IMG/VR virus record: IMGVR_UViG_3300037560_000117
Span: 1-59,921 of that record
DNA length: 59,921 nucleotides
Reading direction: 5' to 3' (one strand)
Origin: a virus
Taxonomy: Duplodnaviria > Caudoviricetes
Part shown: positions 54,677 through 59,921 of the stretch, piece after piece
Layout: every line of letters starts with the position of its first letter
Position numbering within the stretch: position 1 is the first letter of the stretch
Translations under genes and position numbers: made by a program
The notes under the pieces: generated by a model
The model's input: only the letters and a program-made list of their open reading frames with translations
The model's database searches: none
What the model was told of the DNA's origin: nothing

Positions 54677-57457
54677 TTAGTACATGAACAGCTCTGCTAA
54701 GCCCGCAGGACTCGCATCGCCGATTGAATTATTAATGTAAACTTTCCAGAACAGCGCACTAGTGCCACTTGATCCATTAGCGTGGACTCGCACATTTGCA
54801 GAACCTATGATAGTTAGACCGCCATTTGCAACCGTGCGTGTGGTTCCAAACTTGGTCCAGTTGTAGTTGTCGTCGCTGTAGTAAATATCCAGCGACCCCT
54901 GTTGTAGTTTTGGCACACCTGTCAACGGCCGATCTAGTGAGATATTAAAGGTTGTGGTCGGAACTTGTGCCTCTTGTGCGATATCAAATTCAAGACAATA
55001 ATGATCGGTAGGGGCTATATACCCGTGCCGTGCGCCAATCTCAGTACTTGTATCTCCGTCGAAAACTGCGGGATGTAATGGAAGTGTCACTTCATCGGCC
55101 CCTGTCTCGTGGTCGTATCTACCCCGTGGGAAGGATGGTGATGGACTCGGTGACGGACTTGGAGATGGTGATGGTGATGGACTCGGTGACGGACTTGGAG
55201 ATGGTGATGGTGACACACTCGGACTCGGAGACGGTGACGGCTCCGGGCTTGGTGATGGGTCCACCGACGCCGATGCGACAGTCTCGTACAACTCCATCGC
55301 TGTCACTTCCACACCATCCATCTGCTTTGATAGGTCTGTGACCAGTAGCTGCTTGCCCTGCCAACTCACACCAAACGCGGTCTTGAGTGCGTCGATGTCG
55401 TCATTAAACTCGATCCAGTCTCCTGTCTGTAGGTGTGACAATGCGAAGCCGTCCACTGCAAAGCTGACTTGGATGTGTTCCTTTGACCACACACCATCGC
55501 TGTCGTTGATATAATGTTCAGCCACGTGATCTACAGAGTCGCCCGCTATGTTCTTCCAGTCGAATGTAGCGTTTCTATCTCGAAGCGCAGTCTTGGAGTC
55601 AGAGTCCTCGTACACGGTGCGATTTAAGAATCGTTGGTACTCTTCCTGCCATCGCGAGTTTATCGTTGCGTTATTAACGATAAAGCGTGTCTTCGTCAGT
55701 GTGAAGTCGTCGTTTGCAAGTTGACCACGACGGATGATCTCCTGTGTGATCGGTGCCTTGTCATTAAGGGCGATGCACCGGAGTTTGCCTGCGCCGGAAG
55801 CTGACACGATGACGGTCGACTGCTCGGAGATCAACTTCACGACCGCACTCACTTTAGTGCGATTGAGTATCTGGATACGTGCTTCCACGTTGGTGTTGTA
55901 CGCATTGTCGAAGCTGTCCATGTCAATATCGGCATCCACAAGGCCTACCTGTGAGCGGTATAGGTCTTCGATGATGTAGCACGGGTCCTGTATCCCCGCG
56001 ACAACGCTGTAGTTATTGTCGCGTGTGTCTTTGCCCAGATCGCCATATTTCTTACCCACACAACTGAGCCACCCATAAGGCAGGTACGGTAGATTGTAGA
56101 TGTACCGCAAGTCGCTGTGTCCCATAGATGCGATGTGCTGGTTACCGATTATCGAATCCCCAGGTGACCCTACGGCTCCTGCCTGCCAATAGATACCAAC
56201 AGCCCACTCCGCACCAAGCAACTCCGTGTCACCTAAGCTTGCTCCATTGAAGCGGTGTGTTTCGTCTCCTGGGAAGCGTGTGATGAGTGAGTTGAATGTG
56301 AACAGACTCGACCCAAAGTGGATCAAGTCTGATGCATAGCCACAACTCGCACGCTCATCACTCACACCAAAGTAAATATAGAACTTGAGGTCGTGTATTT
56401 GACCTTCTACCCAGTCCATGTTGTCGATGTTCACATACGATGCGCTGACGTAGCTTGTGCTATTACCTAGTATATGTCCGCGCAAGATAGGCTCGTACTC
56501 GATACCCCATAGGGCAAGGCCCTCAACGTCATCGCCATCATCAGACAGACGATCTGCGAACTCACACAACACGAACGGATCACTGTTGACGAGATTTGCT
56601 CTCTCGGTGCCATTCTCGACGTAGCTTTCGTCACTGTACACATTAGGCAGATCAACAGACAAGTCGAAGTGAATCTGGCCGTTTTGGTGAACCTTGATAA
56701 ATTGTGCGATATCAGCATCGGTGTCACTCCCTAGGCCTTGGCCCACAGGGAGCACAGTAGGACCACCATTCGAGTAGTATGGTGTGATATAGCCGTTTAT
56801 GTTGTGATCGCAAATCGTAAAGTCGCCGCTAGTGCGATCTTCTACAGCTAGAATCTTCGCCAGTCCTGTCGCACTGTTGAGTTCGTCGTTGAACACGTCC
56901 GCCACTGTAAAGTTGCCGTACAGAATCGGAATCGGACGTAGTAGGTTGTCCTTTGGTGCGTCGGGCCACTCTTGTTCGATGATGCGAGAGGGGATGGTCG
57001 CATCCCACAACTTGCTTTTGTCCTTGGCTGTGAACCTGACTGTGCGCTTATCCGCAACTACCGACTGTAGGATGTAGCCATCGAATATGAGCAGGCAGTC
57101 GTCGATGTCGGTGATACCATTAGTCCAGTGGTACAACTTGCATACTTCGCCGTTGAGGTCACCCAACAGCTCCGATACTCGCACAGCTGGTTCACCGCTG
57201 ATAGGGTAGAACTTCTCCTCCGATAGTACAAAGCTAATGTCTGAGATGGACCACTGCTTAGCGAAGATATCGATGCCCTCACTCAGTGCGCCATGGCTGA
57301 GTAGCATCGGGTACACGGGACCTGTATTGAGTCCGCGTGGCATTGGTCGACGCGAGAAGTAATAAGTCACATCATTTTGTGTGATCGATAGGATAACATC
57401 ACGCTGATGCCCAGACGCCGAAGCGTAAGTTTCGAAGATAGATGATCGTGTGAGCAT
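54677..57457 (-). CDS. Tail tip/hub protein with (Ser-Pro)n linker and C-terminal discoidin-like domain
   Basis: PIPILYG and DPCYIIEDL tail-tip motifs; SP tract; YYSDDNYNW. Confidence 0.75.
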   Translation of the reverse strand: MLTRSSIFETYASASGHQRDVILSITQNDVTYYFSRRPMPRGLNTGPVYPMLLSHGALSEGIDIFAKQWSISDISFVLSEEKFYPISGEPAVRVSELLGDLNGEVCKLYHWTNGITDIDDCLLIFDGYILQSVVADKRTVRFTAKDKSKLWDATIPSRIIEQEWPDAPKDNLLRPIPILYGNFTVADVFNDELNSATGLAKILAVEDRTSGDFTICDHNINGYITPYYSNGGPTVLPVGQGLGSDTDADIAQFIKVHQNGQIHFDLSVDLPNVYSDESYVENGTERANLVNSDPFVLCEFADRLSDDGDDVEGLALWGIEYEPILRGHILGNSTSYVSASYVNIDNMDWVEGQIHDLKFYIYFGVSDERASCGYASDLIHFGSSLFTFNSLITRFPGDETHRFNGASLGDTELLGAEWAVGIYWQAGAVGSPGDSIIGNQHIASMGHSDLRYIYNLPYLPYGWLSCVGKKYGDLGKDTRDNNYSVVAGIQDPCYIIEDLYRSQVGLVDADIDMDSFDNAYNTNVEARIQILNRTKVSAVVKLISEQSTVIVSASGAGKLRCIALNDKAPITQEIIRRGQLANDDFTLTKTRFIVNNATINSRWQEEYQRFLNRTVYEDSDSKTALRDRNATFDWKNIAGDSVDHVAEHYINDSDGVWSKEHIQVSFAVDGFALSHLQTGDWIEFNDDIDALKTAFGVSWQGKQLLVTDLSKQMDGVEVTAMELYETVASASVDPSPSPEPSPSPSPSVSPSPSPSPSPSPSPSPSPSPSPSPSPSFPRGRYDHETGADEVTLPLHPAVFDGDTSTEIGARHGYIAPTDHYCLEFDIAQEAQVPTTTFNISLDRPLTGVPKLQQGSLDIYYSDDNYNWTKFGTTRTVANGGLTIIGSANVRVHANGSSGTSALFWKVYINNSIGDASPAGLAELFMY
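55134..55260 (-). repeat. Ser-Pro repeat tract (about 20 dipeptides)
   Basis: PSPSPEPSPSPSPSVSPSPSP...; includes a duplicated 36-bp unit. Confidence 0.95.
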
Positions 57458-57458
57458 A

Positions 57459-59921
57459 TTACATTCCCCATGTGCCGTAGTCAACACGGCCTGTGTAGCG
57501 GTTTAAGATTTCGGTCGCACTCATGGCAATACTGGAGATGCACAGTTCGTCTCGTTGTACCACGTCATCTTCCGTGAGTTGGTATATTCTAAGTACCGTG
57601 GATATGCCGATGTCATCTCCGGAGAGTGCGGCGATAGAAGTGGTAGACTGGTACACACCATCAGCATAGAACTTGACCTCATTGGCCGAGCGGTCGATGG
57701 TTATCGTGTGCAAGTGCCATATGTCATCGTTTATGGGGTCTCCGCCGCTAACGGCACCGATGAAGGTGACACCATCCCCCATGTTTATTCCGACTTTGTA
57801 CGCGCCGTCGAATGTGATGTTCCATCCCGTAGTGCCGGAGATGTGTCTGATAACGGAACGATCAGCTCCGGTTACGGACGATGATACCATCATCCACATC
57901 TCGACCGTGAAGTCGGTCGTGCCAAATTTAAAGTCGTCTGCGTCACCGGCGTCGATTTCGAATTTATCACCCACAACACCGGACCATGCGGACGGCCCTT
58001 GGTCCAGTATGCCTGATATGAAATCGTCGGCGACGATGCCAGTCATCGTGAAGTCATGGTCATTTGTGGTTTCATCGAGACCGTCTTGTCTGAATCGCCA
58101 CAGTCCCACTGTGTCGGTGGTAACAGTCAGTCGCCTATCCTGTGTGGGCACACGTAGGTGGCCGAGTTCGCGAAGAAGGATCGACGGCTCATGCCGTTCA
58201 TGCTCTGTCTGGTTCAACTTGAGTGAGCGTTCGAATTGGAGTGCGTAGTATTCGTTAGAGTCGAACTCGGTCTGCATGATGATCGGTAGGTTGCGACCCT
58301 TAGATGCGTGGTACGCGTCTGCCAGTCTCGCACCCTGCTCGGCATCGCCATTAAAGACGAAGTTGCGCTCTAATATACGTTGTTGACCAATAGTAGCCGG
58401 AGACGCAAACGGCGTACCTGATACAGCGGTCGATGTGTTATTAAAGTACAACAGCGTGTTACGCTCTGGATGTTCGTGCTTCCATCGCATGGAGTAGTCG
58501 TTCATAAACCACATAGCACTGATCTCAGGTCTAATAGTCTCCGGTATATTGTCAAAGTGCAGGAACTCCAAACACCAGTAGCGAGCTGTAATCGGCACGA
58601 CAAGTTCATCCACCACAATCGGCGACCCTGCCGTGTGATATGTTGCGAAGTCTTTAATTTTCAGTCGATAATAGGTCACATTATCGTCTGAATAGGATAC
58701 GGCCCATGATTTCTTATGATCTGTGCCGGTGACAGCGTAGATTTCGTTGTAGTTATGCAGCCAGAATGTGATTGCGTCCAACTCAACTAACGATCCAAGA
58801 TCGTAGTACAATTTACTAGTCACCCACCATGTAGGCTGCCACCATGTATCGGGGTCGTTATCAAGTGTGTACTTGGCGTCGTGCCCTGAGCTACTTCCGC
58901 CCTGTGGCGGTCGACCATTAGTCAGTACGGGGAGTGCGTCAACAGGCGCAAATAATCGGAGGGACCGAGATGGTGTGGGTCGCAGATCGGCTTCAATGGT
59001 AAGCGTGGTGATAGTACCGTACTCATTGATTGTGCGGGCTTTAAATACAGCAAATACGCCGGAGTTAAGATCGCCAATGGGCACCCATCGTGGGTTGCCG
59101 ATTGACGGGTTGATCCACTCCTCCGCTCCCATGCTCCACGTGTCTATAGAGTTGGATATGATACCTTGTGTATCAACCGAGAAGGTTTTCAGCCAACCGG
59201 CATCACTTGGTCCGTTATAACCAATTATGAAGTGGCCAGTGTGGCTGAGTTTTTGTATTTCCGGAATCCACCCATCGATTGTGTCGAATTCCTTGTTATC
59301 CAGTAGTGTGATTGCGCCTGATATGGTATCTATTCTGGCGGTTTGGAGGAAACCATCCTGATTTACTCCTTGATACGCAAACAACACCATATCACCACCA
59401 TTCTCATATACAGAGACTATGCTACATTCAAAAAATGCGGCACCGCCAGTCATGGATGTGTTATTATCCAAGTACGCCGATAAGTCACCTGTAACCGGAT
59501 CGACAGTGAACGTGCGAATGTGGCCTTGGAAAGTGCTATCGTTAGATACACTCACCATCATGTGATTATCTAGCTGTGTGATTCTTGACGAAATACCGTA
59601 AGAATCAGCTTCTGCAAATAACGAAGCCTGTAAAGCAGGCTCGCCGGTTACGGGGTTTAATTCTACGCTCCGTGTAACGAGTACATTAATTCCAGTGTTG
59701 GTATAGCGATATGTGATCAAGTAGCAATCGGTGTCCGTCACTCGCACTATACTGGGCCAATACATAATACCACCGGCTTCTAACAGTAGAGAATACATCG
59801 GCGTTTTTGTAATGTTACCACTGTTATCCACACGAAAGATTGTGGCTCTGGGTCCATCACTCATATTACTACAAGCCATAAATATCCCCGCACCAACTTT
59901 TATGACCTCTACCCCAATCAC
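57459..59921 (-). CDS. Tail protein (3' part): beta-propeller-like repeats, F5/8 discoidin, distal-tail-like and LamG domains
   Basis: LDNDPDTWW/YDLG/ARYW discoidin motifs; DFTVEMW/WHLHTIT/YADG LamG motifs; starts at 380 across the junction. Confidence 0.8.
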   Translation of the reverse strand: MIGVEVIKVGAGIFMACSNMSDGPRATIFRVDNSGNITKTPMYSLLLEAGGIMYWPSIVRVTDTDCYLITYRYTNTGINVLVTRSVELNPVTGEPALQASLFAEADSYGISSRITQLDNHMMVSVSNDSTFQGHIRTFTVDPVTGDLSAYLDNNTSMTGGAAFFECSIVSVYENGGDMVLFAYQGVNQDGFLQTARIDTISGAITLLDNKEFDTIDGWIPEIQKLSHTGHFIIGYNGPSDAGWLKTFSVDTQGIISNSIDTWSMGAEEWINPSIGNPRWVPIGDLNSGVFAVFKARTINEYGTITTLTIEADLRPTPSRSLRLFAPVDALPVLTNGRPPQGGSSSGHDAKYTLDNDPDTWWQPTWWVTSKLYYDLGSLVELDAITFWLHNYNEIYAVTGTDHKKSWAVSYSDDNVTYYRLKIKDFATYHTAGSPIVVDELVVPITARYWCLEFLHFDNIPETIRPEISAMWFMNDYSMRWKHEHPERNTLLYFNNTSTAVSGTPFASPATIGQQRILERNFVFNGDAEQGARLADAYHASKGRNLPIIMQTEFDSNEYYALQFERSLKLNQTEHERHEPSILLRELGHLRVPTQDRRLTVTTDTVGLWRFRQDGLDETTNDHDFTMTGIVADDFISGILDQGPSAWSGVVGDKFEIDAGDADDFKFGTTDFTVEMWMMVSSSVTGADRSVIRHISGTTGWNITFDGAYKVGINMGDGVTFIGAVSGGDPINDDIWHLHTITIDRSANEVKFYADGVYQSTTSIAALSGDDIGISTVLRIYQLTEDDVVQRDELCISSIAMSATEILNRYTGRVDYGTWGM
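59755..59921. repeat. Terminal direct repeat, copy 2
   Basis: Matches 1-167. Confidence 0.97.

Noticed and set aside
1-59921. Prophage or integration module
   Set aside because: No integrase, CI-like repressor or flanking host genes were recognised, and the contig is circular
59755-59921. Biological terminal repeat marking the virion DNA ends
   Set aside because: It lies mid-gene, so it is more likely an assembly overlap; the true ends are unknown

Overview
The window is a complete, circularly permuted tailed dsDNA phage genome (siphovirus-like). Bases 1-167 repeat at 59755-59921 with one synonymous mismatch, giving a unit length of about 59,754 bp, and one tail gene runs across the junction. 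Every credible gene is on the minus strand. In transcription order the modules are: tail tip and lysis (59.9-52.6 kb); a regulatory region with three consensus sigma-54 (-24/-12) promoters and early genes, including a histone-fold doublet candidate, a metallophosphoesterase, an Ocr-like DNA mimic, a PAPS-reductase-family protein and an H1-like protein (52.6-44 kb); replication and nucleotide metabolism, with SSB, glycosyltransferases, a nucleotidyltransferase, resolvase, family A polymerase, a dATP/dGTP diphosphohydrolase, a deoxyribosyltransferase, a PurZ/PurZ0-type PurA homologue, primase-helicase, exonuclease, MazG and a sigma factor (44-24.4 kb); a non-coding control region and a 1-kb array of tRNAs and remodelled tRNA-like RNAs (24.4-21.6 kb); GroES and methyltransferases; then packaging, head and tail genes (17.9-0.4 kb). 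The most unusual features are the tRNA-mimic array, a 2-aminoadenine (Z) pathway with no recognisable DatZ, the sigma-54 promoter set with an adjacent structured ncRNA candidate, and the histone-like proteins. All calls come from manual motif reading; no database searches or folding programs were run.
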